Notes under the pieces: generated by a model
The model's input: the letters and a program-made list of their open reading frames with translations, nothing else
What the model was told of the DNA's origin: nothing
Database searches by the model: none
Position numbers and translations under genes: made by a program
Assembly (NCBI GenBank): GCA_027604505.1
Contig: JADIIX010000056.1
Span: forward strand, 1 to 64,000
Length of the DNA stretch: 64,000 nucleotides
Direction of reading: 5' to 3'
DNA from: Gonapodya sp. JEL0774
Lineage: Eukaryota
Shown here: positions 51,201 to 64,000 of the stretch, piece after piece
Numbering within the stretch: position 1 is the stretch's first letter
Layout of the letters: each line of letters begins with the position of its first letter

Positions 51201-52692
51201 GAGGTACTTGGGGGTAGAGGTGTCGCTTACCTCTTTCAAAGACGTCCGCATTGACAACACTTAAAAAACTGGCTCCAATTTCACTCGCTAATTCCTTCAC
51301 CACTTGTCGGAGGTAGATCTCAGAACCTCGAAACGGAGAGCTCATGGCAATGACACCCGAGTTCACAGAAAGTAGTTGCGAATGGCGGTTGAGAATCCGC
51401 AAAGGATCCGAGGACAGCGAGTAAAATGCGTTTACAAGGTCTGCTCGAGTGGCGGGATGAAGTTGTAGAGAACTGAAATTGTTGGAATAGGGAGCTCCAG
51501 GCATTGGCACATGGCGTCTGTCGTCAGAACACTCAGGTCTCGGTGCGGGTTGAGCATTTTTACTGGTCAATGTTACAGTATCTGATGCCCCGCCATCTTT
51601 CGCAGTTGTTATTTTCATGCCTTGAGTCTGCTCAATGGAGGTGATGTCGACAATTTCAGGTCTTCCACCTCCACTCTCATCATCACCTCCACCCGAACAG
51701 CTTGAGAGTGATAATGGCTCAACGTCATGGCCTTTATTGGAAGCGGGCACAATCCGTGATGCAAGTTCCGGCGACACAGGAATGTTCGAACCCAAAAGAT
51801 CTTTTAGGGTCCTGGGGGACAATGACAGAGGAGCGACAGTGAGCGAATGGTGGGCCGATCCCTTCTTGATGGTTCCACGAACGCTTGAAGATAGAGCTGT
51901 GGTTTGAGTTGGGAGCGATAGAGAGGGTGGCGGAGAAGGTGGCAACGCCGAAGGGTTAATGGGTGGTAGACCTCCTGTGCGGTTGGCAGAAGACAAGACT
52001 CCAGCGTTCGACCGCGAGAGGAAGACAGCATCTGCCAGGGTTTCAATCTCCCTGCTTCGGTCTGAGTCTCGACCACGGTCTCGCGCTTCCTTCGTGGTGT
52101 CGATCTTCTCACACGCAGTCTTCGATGGTGAAGAGGCGGGCAACTTCCTGGAGCCCAACTTTATTTTCTCCCCAGCAGGATTGTAAAAGAAGTTTCCTGA
52201 CATCTTCTGGGACGATTGCGCCTTGTTTCGTGAAGGGGATTCTGTTGCGGGCAGTTCTGGAAGTGGTTTCGTGGAAAGGGTCTCACTTTCGGATGAAGTT
52301 CCTGAAGGCTGTACATTTTCCGACGAAGAAGCATCCTCTATCGCGCTGGGAACCGGCCCCTTTTCTGTCGACGACTGAAATTGACTCTTGTTCGCTTCCA
52401 CTTCATCACGTTCAGCTGCCACCACACCATTCGGTGCTTCGCTCTCGTGCGATCTCGCGGTTGACAATGACAGTAGATTCGCTAAACTACCCGTTGACGA
52501 AGATGTCAAAACCGCACTTGTGGCTTCGGAAGGAATGCGCTGAGCGAGTGGTTGTCCAAGAGTTCGAGTCGCGACGACTGCCAGGCTCCTCGAGGGCACC
52601 GCTTGCGAGATGTGATATAAAGTGCCCACACGCAACAGCGGTAGATGAGGTGTCATGTACGGTGCGGAATGTTTGTGGAGTGCCTTCAACAT
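48207..52692 (-). CDS. AAA+ ATPase, Msp1/ATAD1-related, with long N-terminal region and presequence-like start
   Basis: [71 protein letters not shown]; ends in RIGF. Confidence 0.9.
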
Positions 52693-52763
52693 ACTGTACA
52701 AGTGACATGATTGTAATAACCAGCGCGACTCTCCCAACAGAACTACAGAATTGCTTCAAATTT

Positions 52764-54089
52764 TCAATTGCTCTCCAGGGGGCGAGAATCCAACCTGGTA
52801 ACATTATGTAAGGAACTTATTGGGTGAGTCAGGGAGTTGCCAACTGTCACTTGCCTACCTCCGTAAAAGATATTCCACTTCAACTTTCACTGTAAGTGGG
52901 ATAACGTACTTCTCGTACATATTGACTACCACGTTCAAGTCGATTTTCCTGGGACCCAATGCACCAGTTGGGCTCTCAGGTCGCGGTTTGGTCTCTACTT
53001 CGCCTTCCAGAGAGATATCTTGACCGTATATGAGTGCCTTTCGCATGAGCCTCTTCACCACCTGCGCCTCTACTGCCTTATTGGTGAGTAGTTCCTCGCA
53101 CCGCGCTGCGTCTCCGCGCTTGATTGCGTCAACGTAAAGGTCATGCTGCGTCGGGTCCAGAAATTTTGCCTCCGCTACAAATTTACCACAATGGATTCGC
53201 CGGGAGAGGGCTTGTAGGCACTCGACGTCTCTCGTGGAAGCGCTGCCATACTGAAGATCATCACCCGGTCGACAAATGGAGGGAATAATCTCTTGTGTAT
53301 ATATGCGAAGTATCTCTTTGTTTTCGTTTATTGTGTTGGGATGCAGCACGGGTGGGTAATTGAGTGCCGGTATGATGGGTTCCGGTAAATCATCGAAGAA
53401 GGGATTCTCGTCCGGAGAGGTGTACCGTCGGACCTTCGCTAAATTAGTGAAGAATAAGTAAGATTTGCACAACCTGCTTTATGGGCTATCCGCAGAAGGA
53501 GTTCCAGGCAGTAGGATTGAATCCGTCATGTGTTCGGTGCGAACTGGTTGCATGTCCCTCACGTCATCAAGACCATGGGTGTATAGACAAACAATGATAT
53601 TTGCGCAAATAGTTGGGACTTTTAGCTTTCCCCTGGAAACAATTCAAAGCCCTTCTTTCTCCAAAATGCAAACAGTTGTCAAAAACCGGAGGTCAAAAGG
53701 ACCTTCTACTCACCATGCACCACCTCCGTCTCACGAAGGACCCACTCCATGAATGACCCGCCAAATCCCTTGAAGTCAAATTTGCCCGGTTCGTACACGA
53801 TTGGGTTGTGGGCGAACTGAGCTCGCTCGATAAGAGCTTAACGACCCAACGAAGATGGTACTTGTAAAAATGGTGGATCGATAGTCTCACGAAGGAATCC
53901 CAGTTACGCACCAAAAATTATGGTATCTTCAAGTCGAATGAGGATTTGTCGGAGCTGGTTACACAAAAAACGTGATTAATCCGCTAATATGAGGAAGAAC
54001 CAGCACTGAGAAAAGGAGGTATCAGCTCTTACCTTTGCGAGCGACAGCGGCCCGCGAGGTGTACAATCTCCCTGCTCGAAGAAGTTCAT
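52764..54089 (-). CDS. ARO7: Chorismate mutase, eukaryotic AroQ type
   Basis: LIRLEDTIIF, LIERAQF, KVRRYTSPDENPF, LQALSRRIHCGKFVAEAKF, VIPLTVKVEVEYLLRRLD. Confidence 0.95.
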
Positions 54090-54464
54090 GGAGTGCCTAT
54101 GTCTTATGTACTAGTGGTGAAGCGTGTCCCTCACCACTCAATTCAATCGTCCCCACAAGTCCACTCGCTCCCGACAAGTCAGTACATACAATCAATAGGA
54201 ATCGAAAAGTATACTCTGAAATTTAACACAGTTCTTGAAGTAGTAACCAACACTTTCCGTTCACAATTGAGTCCGCCTGGAGAGTAGCGGGAACTCCCCT
54301 AAAAAATATTTAGAATTGGAATGGAGAGCGCATTGTTACATGAGCGACTAGAAAGACGAAGTTCCGTACTGCAAGGTGTATGGGGGAGAAGCTGTGTTGC
54401 CAGTGCGTTCGACCCCCCGCAACAGCTCCTTTGAAGGCTTCGGTTCCAGCCAAATCCATACACG

Positions 54465-57400
54465 ATGGCGGCCCCATGGCAGCCGCAGCCGGAAGGTCTC
54501 CAGCAGCTTTGCCGTCTTCTTGCAGATTCTGCTGCACTTAACAAGGACCTTCGCGACCGTGCTCAGCAGGTGAGTCGGGAACCTGCTTTCTTTTCTGCTT
54601 GGGCATCCTGCCCAGGGCATCCTTGGACCCCTCCTTCTGGATCCCCATTCGCATCGCAATCCGCCGTTTTGGAATTTTTCTGGGCAGCTCGAACTGGATT
54701 CGCTCTTCCCCAGAGCGAGAAGGACTTTCCTTGGAGTCCGTAAACTTGAGTGGTTTCGTCGGCGGGGCAAGATACTGCATCATGGATCCATCGCGTCTTC
54801 TCCCCCCGTGGGATTTTTAAGGACCACGGCGAAACATGTGATTTTTGAGGGCCGTATTGCGCGAGGATCACGGGCGAGGACGCCCTCCCGGGCACTTCCA
54901 CATCTCGAAACTGCACTGCTCAACCCCAACCTCGCCCACCCCCCTCACGACTCCTCTCATCCATCGGTACATTCGTTCGCAATCCATGAACACTTAAATA
55001 AGCAACTCGATGCGTTCAATCAAATTCCCGACTACAACAACTACCTCATTTACATCCTCACTCAATTAGCAAATGAGAATCCATCTACTCGCGCAATAGC
55101 CGGCCTGCTGGTTAAGAATAATATCCGAAATCACTGGGAGAGGATATCATCTCCATCGCTTGAATATGTGAAGAGTTGTGTGGTGGCTGGGCTGGCGGAT
55201 CCTCAAAACACGATCCGCAGCACATCTGGTACCATCATCACGACAATCATTTCTCGTGGGGGCATTCAGACTTGGCCTACAATACTGCCCAACTTGATGC
55301 AAATGTTGAGTCATCCAGAACCGAACGTTGTGGAGGTGCGAGAGTGTTGAGGGCTGGGAAGGTGTTTTCCGTTCCACTTTCTAAACTTATGATGGCATCA
55401 CCACCTGTCCCCAGGGAGCTTTTGGAGCGCTTCAAAAAGTCTGTGAAGACAATGCGAAGCAGCTTGACTCAGAAGAAGCAGGCCGCCCCCTGAACCATAT
55501 GATACCCCGCTTCATGGAATTTTTCGGCCATCAGAATGCGAAAATCCGAGTTCATGCCATCAGCTGCGTCAATCAATTTATTCTCTCCCGGTCTCAAGCT
55601 TTGATGACCATCCTTCCTCAGTTTGTCCAGGCACTCTATTCTCGCGCCAACGACGATAACGAGGAAGTGCGAAAGCAAGTCTGCCAGGCACTCGTGATGC
55701 TGCTCGAAGTCCGACCAGACCAGCTCATGCCGCAACTCGATAGTGTTGTACAATTCATGCTGTTCTGCACCCAGGACAAGGATGAGGGTGTCGCCTTGGA
55801 GGCGTGCGAGTTTTGGCTGGCATTTGCGGAACAAGATGGAATGAGAGATAAACTTGAGCCCTATTTGGACAGGTGATTGTTGATTGAAAACTTCTGCAGG
55901 CGAAAGGCTCGATTTTTCTAAACGAACGTTGTAAAGAATTATCCCCGTTCTTTTGAAAGGAATGGTTTACTCTGATATCGACATTGCGATCTATGAGGGT
56001 GAAGAAGAAGATGACGCGGAAGTGCCGGACCAAGATCAGGACATTAAGCCAACATTTGCGAAGTCACGTACACACACCCAGAAGCATCTTGACGGACAGC
56101 AACAACCTATTGGGCAGAGCCCAGGTCATGGTGCTGCTGCATCTGCCGAGGAAGGTGACGACGAAGACATCGACGAAGATGAAGACGACGAAGATGTGTT
56201 TCAGGAGTGGAATTTGCGCAAATGCTCTGCTGCTGCTCTTGATGTGCTGGCGACAGTGTACGGAGACGAAATTCTCAAGATCTTGCTACCAGAATTACAG
56301 AAACGTCTTTCTTCAGACGATTGGCTCCAGCGAGAATGTGGAATTTTGGCACTTGGTGCAGTAGCAGAAGGTGTGCAATAACAGTTAACTAGTTCGTAGA
56401 AGTTCCATCTCTCATATCTGGCTGTTCAGGCTGCATCACTGGAATGGAGCCGCACCTTCCTCAGCTGGTCCCGGGTCTGTTACAATATCTCAACGACCGA
56501 AAGGTGAAGCTGTCACTGAAACCGGTCATATCATTGTCCTTCTTGTCGTTGAATCTATGATTTTTCACCAGCCACTGGTTCGTTCGATAACATGTTGGAC
56601 TCTCGGGAGGTATGCAAGATGGATTGTTGCCGGCAACCAACCTAGTCACATTCCGCAGGAGGAATCAGATAGATTACTTGCGGAGCATCAAAAGGTGTAC
56701 TTCGAACCGACTCTAGCGGGCGTAAGTGTTGTATACACTCGTTTAATCGTTGACGTGAATAACCTGAGCTGAACTATGATATAGCTTTTGAGGATGATGT
56801 TGGACAACAACAAACGTGTCCAAGAGGCCGGATGTAGCGCGTTTGCAACTCTTGAGGAAGAAGGTGGCGGTGATCTAACCCCGTATCTCCAGCACATCTT
56901 ACAGACCTTTTACTCGGCATTCGGGAAGTATCAGGTGTGTTCAAATATCTGAGGAAACTTCACAAAAGCAGGTTCTGATTGGAAGCTGTTGACAACCATA
57001 CAGCACAAGAATTTGCTGATATTGTACGATGCTGTTGGAACTCTAGCAGATTCAGTCGGAAACGCGCTGAACAATCCACAGTATATACCCCTCTTAATGA
57101 ATCCCTTGGTTGAGAAATGGCAAAGCCTGAAGGATCAAAGTCGAGACATGTTTCCACTGCTTGAGGTATGGTTCTGGTTTCCACTTCCTCAGCCCAATTA
57201 CGTGACGATGAGTTTAATGTACGATCAGTGCCTGTCGTCGGTCGCTATGGCTCTTGGGCCAGGATTTGGACAATTTGCCCCGAACGTGTGGAATCGCTGT
57301 CTCCAACTTATTAGCATCACGCTACAGCAAATTCAGGCCTATAATGCGAATCCCACCTCCGTTGAGCAACCTGACAAGGACTTCATTATTGTGGCACTGG

Positions 57401-58281
57401 ATTTGCTCAGCGGCATCGTCCAAGGACTGGGGAGCAATGTAGACGTGTTGATTCAGCACTCGCAGCCGCCTCTGTTTACACTCCTCGCGGAGGCTATGCG
57501 AGATCCCGTGGGAGAGGTTCGGCAGTCTGCATACGCACTTCTTGGAGACCTCGCCATCAATGTTTTCCCTCATATACGAGCATTCGTACCGCAACTTATG
57601 CCTGACGTCATAGAGCAGATTGAACCGTCCGGTGATTCGGCACGAGTATCCGTATGCAACAATGCGGCATGGGCCGCTGGGGAGATCGCACTGCAATCCG
57701 GTGCGTGCTTGTTTGAAGCTGAAGACACTGCCCATTCACCTTAACTTCTGGTTACACTGTTAATAGGCCCTGAGATATCGGTATACGTTGAACCCCTCCT
57801 CCGAAAACTGATACCAATTTTGTGTGATGAAAATAATCCGCGAACCCTTCTGGAGAACGCCGCTATCACAATTGGCCGCCTTGGTTATGTTTGTCCTGAC
57901 CTGGTCGCCCCCCACTTGGAATCATTCGCGGAACCGTGGTGCAAATCATTGCGGAGTATTCGAGACAACCCAGAAAAAGAATCCGCATTCCAGGGACTTT
58001 GTGCCATGATTCAAAAGAATCCAAATGGGATCGTGAAGAGTTTTGTTTACTTCTGTGATGCTGTGACCCAGTGGAAGGTTGTTAATGTACCACTGAACCA
58101 ACAATTCAGCGGCGTGAGTACATTCAAACTCTGAAAACTTCTCAGAACTGTCGCCAAATCATTTCTTTGGAACCAGATCATTCATGCATTTAAGAATATG
58201 ATGGGACCACAGTGGGACAATTACTACTCCACTTTCCCCCAACATGTGCAACAAAGATTAAGGACTCGTTATCAGATCTGA
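54465..58281 (+). CDS. TNPO1: Transportin-1 / karyopherin beta-2 (Kap104)
   Basis: [26 protein letters not shown], acidic HEAT-8 loop, [59 protein letters not shown]. Confidence 0.96.
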
Positions 58282-58478
58282 AGTCAACCACCTTGTACGC
58301 TGTAGTTTAGTATAACCCCTCAATGGATGTCATCTTGCTTAAATGGAGTGGATCTGAGTATTTGGTTTCAAGTCAAATTTGCGTACCCACTTAGGCAGAC
58401 TGCGTGTCATCTTCATTGATGTGAACGAGAACAGTGTGTGAGTGAGTTGCAGCTCCATATGTTTACATACACCAGTCC

Positions 58479-60800
58479 CTAGTTCGACAAGTGTTCGGGT
58501 AGTCCCACCGTCACTATCCCGGTCTTTCTCAATCGGTCGAACAACTTTCCCACAATTTCAGATAAGTTCCCACATTCAGAGAAGACGGAACATCGCTGCC
58601 GACTCACCACCAACAATCGCTCCATTTCCATCTCCTTTTCCTCCTCCGTCATATCATCACCTCCTTTTATCGAGCTCGCAGCAGATTCAAGCTGCCCAGT
58701 GATTGGATTAACCGGGCGAGCAGAACTTCCATTCAAATCCTCTTTTATGTGAGCAGCGCCCACCGAAGCTGTGGCATAGCCTGCTTTCAATATATCGGGG
58801 TTCTGTAGCAGATCACGTTGGAAGAGAAAACCTGCAGCTGACCCATAGCCTATTCGATCGACAAGCTTGCGAGCTGGAAAACAGATCGGTTGGACTCTGG
58901 AGTCATTTACGTACAATCAGCACCCGGCGGTCTCACAGCAACTCACGATCTTCGCCACAAAGAACAAACAAAAGATCGCCTGCGCAGTGGCGCACACTGT
59001 CGCCCACGACAGTGGTCAGGAGGCGCACGACACGGCCTGTGAGGTTGGCGTTCTGTTCAATTGGGACAGACCGATCCCTACACATTGGCATTCGTCCCAT
59101 ATGTTCAAATCACCGTGACAGTTGAACGTCATGAAAATTTGACACTTACATGCTTTCAGGGAAGATTGCCCTCTCAATAATGGTCCTGCAGTTCCCAGAG
59201 CCCTTGGCTAGAGCTCCCAATACCAGAAGCAAAGTTGGTAGCTCATCTCGGATGAGGGGGGGAGGACCAACTTTTGACACCGTTAACGGAAGACTGAGCA
59301 GAATATGGTCAAGAAGGTCGACCATCAGATTTACAATAGCATAATCCCCGTTTGGAAACCATGCATTCTCGAAGTCACCGCCGGTGGGGAAGTTGACCAA
59401 AAAGTGCAACGCGTGATTGGTAGGTGGCAAGAGAAGTTGTTTGGGGTGCTTTTTCTTGGTGAGGTATTCAATGGTGATTGCCAGTGACCTTCGTGCGCAA
59501 CCAAACGCTGGGGTGAGTATACAGCCACTTTCCTGGGTGAGCGTGGATCAACTATGTCCTCACTTCACGAAAGGTTTGAGATCTCCCTCTATTGACCTCG
59601 CTTTCTCAGTATCCGTGGTGCCATCCCTGCAGAGGGAGGCTGGTTCAATGTGTCTACCCGAAAGATCAGCCGTGACACTAAATCCTGTCTTCCATGCTTC
59701 TCCGAGTAGCATGTTTAGGGTTATAGCTGAGGTTATGGCCGGTTGTTGGGAAAAGCGAGATTGAAACACCTCGGTGGACGGATCGTTTGAGGATTGCATT
59801 GACTCAGATAGCTCGAGCATCTTGCAATGGGCATCGTGTTGTTGCAATTCAATGCGATTCCCCAATAAAAACAGAAAATTTTGAGGATTTGACACCCTCC
59901 ATCTCACCTTTGTCACTCGGTCCGCAATGCGACACAGTAAGCCAGATTGACGCACACCCTCCGGGTCCTCTGCAGTGGCGAGAAATATCAGACGACATAG
60001 TAAAAACTGAGCATCTCTTGATAGGTTTTCGCAATTCTACGGGTAACAGTGGTTACAAATAGCAAATGGATGGAATGAACGGTTTGAAAGAGAACACACC
60101 TCCCACTCCCACAAGGTACTTTCCAGCCCACTAGCAGCCTCAAAGTACTTTTGAGATGAACGACTCTGCAAGAGAGCATTCGTCAAGCAACGCAGTGCCT
60201 CAAGAGGCACTGGGTCGTCCAGCCTCGAGGTGTTTGGCGCGACCGTCAGTTTCGTCCGATTAAGCGTGTAGTCCAAATACAGCGTTATTCCCTAGGAGAT
60301 CAAAGTTCGTATGGGGAAATCAAGTTCCACTCCGTGGAAAGCGCGAGCGAAGACCGACTTCTTGGGAGTAAAGAGCATCGCTTCCCAGCGTTTCTCTTGA
60401 CAGGATGCGGAGGGAATTGAAAGCAAGCCTCAACGCTTTTTGTCCGCAAATTTGAAGCTTAGAGACGCATATTCGTCGAAACCGGAATGGTCACCATGAG
60501 ACTCACTCTCGTCATTCCAATCAGCACCTCGGCGCCCGCCCTCGACCCTCTCCCTGAGACGGGTCAGAATGCCGTTAGCAAACGCACATTTTGACTCCAA
60601 AGAAATGCCCGCCCGCACAATGACATCTGAGCGTGAAGGAGGAGACACGAGTGAGAAAGTAGGATAGGGTGAAGTCCTTGCGGCCACGTGGATTGATTTG
60701 AGCCAGTAAACATATCTTTGAACTTCTCGCAGAACGATGCTAAGCACTTCACGATATCAGATTGTGGTGTGTCATCCGGGAGTTCTAGAAAGCGTTCCAT
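58479..60800 (-). CDS. RIC8: Ric8 / synembryn G-alpha GEF and chaperone
   Basis: EALRCLTNALL, IGYGSAAGFL, NPITGQ, MTEEEKEMEMERLLV|LFDRLRKTG. Confidence 0.9.
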
Positions 60801-61064
60801 GAGTTATTTTGATGAAGGTTTTGGAGATGAAGCTCATCAGTGAGGTGGCTGTGTTGGTGTATCAAGCCAAAACCCTCAGCCGATACATACCCAACAGAAA
60901 CACATTCAACCAACGTGAGTGGCGGACTGGAGGATGATTACTGGAAAGAAAGTGACTTTGTGACTTTGGACTTACCCTATTCCCACTGCGTCAACCCATC
61001 CCTTCGTCCACATTTGCTTGTCTGGTGTGATTCGCAGTTCAGCCGTCTGGGCATCTCGAATTCG

Positions 61065-64000
61065 ATGCCGCCGAATCCCCCAAACCCATTTGTGACACCA
61101 TTTGATGATGATGACTCCCACCAGGACAGCGAGGGCTTTGAACACGATCACTTCGGCTACGCGGCCAGCGATTCGCAGCCCCTCGTCTCGAGAAGTTCAC
61201 CAGAACCTGTGCCCAACTTTATACAGCAACCCATAATGATTGATCAACCCGATGTAGACTATGCAGGTGGAGGGTCGTCAGCGGAACCGGCGGCGATGGC
61301 ACCACCCGAGGAGATTTTGGCTCCAGCAGTGGTGAGTGATGTATTCTCTGGAGTTGCATATAATCAGTGAAATGTACTATAACGACTGAAATCTCAACTT
61401 GCTCATATGGTGTGCCTTAATGGCAATCGGTAATTTGGAAGGCTAGCGCAGGCGACCGAGTAATCTACCTCAACGAACCCCTCCGAAACGAACAATCAAA
61501 ATTTCTTCACAACCGTGTCTCCACCACCAAATACAATGTCCTCACCTTTCTCCCAAAGTTCTTCAAAGAACAATTCTCTAAGTACGCGAACGTCTTCTTC
61601 TTGCTGACAGCGATTATCCAGGTTTGTGAATCACTGCCCGAACAGGAAACGTCTCACTCAATGTTGTTGCCATTAGCAAATCCCCGATGTCTCCCCTCTG
61701 AACAAGTTCACGACAATTATCCCCCTGTCTCTTGTACTTCTCGCATCGGCGGTTAAGGAGGTTTTTGAAGACTGGGTGGGTCCTGTTTCCAAGAAACCGA
61801 CCTTCAACACTCGTTATCAATTGCCGCCTCTCGGCATGGTTTTTATAAGAAACGTCACGCCTCAGATGATGAAACCAATAATCGTTTCGGGAAAGCCCTC
61901 CGAGGCAACTCTTTCGAACCTGTGAAGTGGAAAGACATGAAAGTCGGGGACATTCTCAGGATTGAAAACTCCGAGTTTTTCCCGGCCGACCTTATCATAT
62001 TGAGCAGCTCCGAGCCAGATGCAATTTGTTACATTGAGACCAGTAATCTGGATGGGTAAGTCGGTGATGGAAGCTCGGTTGTTGAAGACTCTAAATGAGT
62101 CCGCTACAGGGAAACGAACTTGAAGGTGAAGCAAGGTATCCCACAGACTTCGGAAATCATGACCCCGGACCAAGCCGCTGGTTTGACAGGCGAGTCTCCC
62201 ACTCGGTTTATTTGGCGAAGGACAACACCTTTTGCGATGTCGTGCGACCCACCTCACCCTACTCTTACTCAAGGCTACATTCGATCTGAACCTCCGAACA
62301 ACAGTCTCTACACCTACAGTGGATTGTTGAACTTGGCTGGCCGGGACTATCCCCTTGACCCAACTCAGCTCTTACTCCGCGGGGCTCAACTTCGTAACAC
62401 CCCCTGGATATACGCAATCGTTGTGAACACAGGTCATGAGACGAAATTAATGCGGAATGCTACGTGAGTACCATGCCGCTCTGCCCAGAGGTGTTGACAT
62501 GGATGCCAACCCGATCCCATTTGCAGTGCGACTCCCATCAAACGAACTGCTGTGGAGCGCATGACAAACAGACAAATTTTGATTTTGTTTGGTCTTCTCA
62601 TGTTGATGTCGCTTGTTTGCTCGGTTGGAACCCTTGTTCGGACAGTGAGTGAACATGAAAGGTGTCTCGGAAAGGGGGAAGGGGCTCTTACAACGATCTG
62701 GAATAAACAGCTGAACGCCCCGTTTGAGCAAAATATAATTAATGTGAATGACATTGGCGTCCCTGTCCAGGACGTCTCTGAGGCACTGAAGCGATTTGGA
62801 CTCAACATTATGACCTTCGTTATCCTGTTCAACAATTTGATTCCAATCAGGTGAGAACAGTTTTACCATTCCTTGTTTGTGATCTGAGACATGTGTTCTT
62901 GGTGAACAATTAGTTTGGTTATGACTATGGAGGTCGTGAAGTACTTTCACGCAATGCTGATTGGCGCTGATTTGGACATGTACTACGCAGAAGCTGATAG
63001 TCCTGCAGTGGCTCGCATGTCGTCTCTTGTGGAAGAGCTCGGTCAGATTGAGTACATTTTTTCGGACAAAACTGGTACCCTTACTTGCAACAAGATGGAG
63101 TTCCGCATGTCCTCAATCGCCGGGAAAGCTTACGCGGATGTAGTTCCCGAAGACAAGAGAGTCCGCATTGATGAACGCGGAGTTGAATCTGTCCGTTCTT
63201 GCTATTGACTGTGTCAGTTGTCGAGTGAACACTTATTGACCTTCATTTTCAGGGATACCACACATTTCAACGTTTGCTAGAAAGCGCAAAGGGTGCCGAT
63301 TCAACGGGAAGCGTTATTCGCGAGTTTTTAACTCTCCTTTCTGTTTGCCACACCGTTATCCCGGAAGTTCAGGACGATGGAAGCCTTGTGTATCAAGCCA
63401 GTTCCCCAGATGAAGGAGCGCTGGTGAAGGGCGCAGCGGAACTTGGATATAGATTTGTTGTACGTAAAGTTAAAAGTGCGTTCAATGTCCGCGGGATCTT
63501 GACTTTGTTAATTTTGATTTGTAGGTTCGGCGACCGAGGTCTGTCACCGTCGCGGTGAACGGGGCCAATCTCGAATTCGAGGTTCTGTCCATTTGTGAGT
63601 TCAACAGCACGCGGAAGAGAATGAGCGCTGTCGTTCGAGGTCCTGACGGTGAGTACGGCCCACAAGAGACACACTGCAGCTTTACTTGCTTCATGTATAC
63701 TTCGCCTCAAGGTAAAATCAAGTTGTTTACAAAGGGAGCAGACACTGTGATCCTTGAAAGGTTGCGGCAGAACAATCCTTATGTTGAGCCAACTTTAGCG
63801 CACCTCGAGGAATACGCGAACGAAGGACTGAGGACACTCTGCCTTGCCATGCGCGAAATTCCGGAAGAGGAATACAACCGTTGGAGCAAGATTCACGAGA
63901 AAGCAAGCACTCTGCTTGTCAACCGACAAGAAGAGGTGAGCATGCTCAACTACAGCGATTGTCAAAAAATCGCATTTCTGGAATATGGCTTCTGAAACAT
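61065..64000 (+). CDS. DRS2: P4-ATPase phospholipid flippase, Drs2/ATP8A type; 3' part lies beyond the window
   Basis: [19 protein letters not shown] (QQ motif), [62 protein letters not shown]. Confidence 0.95.

Noticed and set aside
1..64000. Selenoprotein or recoded stop codons, tRNA/rRNA genes, riboswitches
   Set aside because: The in-frame stops I examined are explained by introns, and no cloverleaf, rRNA or aptamer pattern was recognised by eye. An Infernal/tRNAscan run would be needed to exclude them.
1..64000. Prokaryotic operon or defence-system interpretation
   Set aside because: Spliceosomal introns and eukaryote-specific genes occur throughout.

Overview
Gene-dense, intron-rich eukaryotic DNA of roughly balanced GC content. 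Short GT-AG introns and the gene repertoire (gamma-SNAP, Ric8, Rad9, Cti6, Aro7, Drs2) point to an early-diverging, chytrid-like fungus; this is an inference. I spliced about 22 protein-coding genes by eye, so outer coordinates are approximate where noted. In order: DDT/WHIM-PHD chromatin protein, gamma-SNAP, F-box/LRR, amidohydrolase-3, Rtf2, malic enzyme, PIN-like AEC transporter, RFC small subunit, Cti6-like PHD protein, nicotinamide riboside kinase, ADCK2/UbiB kinase, Rad9, Hst3/4 sirtuin, pirin, K/E-rich orphan, TM-SH3 receptor-like protein, helical-repeat orphan, AAA ATPase, chorismate mutase, transportin, Ric8 and a truncated Drs2 flippase. The left edge looks like the end of a PIF/Harbinger-type DNA transposon. 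Best leads: (1) a malic enzyme directly followed by a PIN-like/bacterial-type AEC carrier, echoing bacterial malate enzyme + permease pairs; (2) an orphan built of about 6 PAH-like helical repeats; (3) a Cys-rich/mucin/TM/SH3 receptor with a triple FDVKGAP tail motif; (4) a bacterial-type pirin that has introns. No rRNA, tRNA or CRISPR array was recognised.
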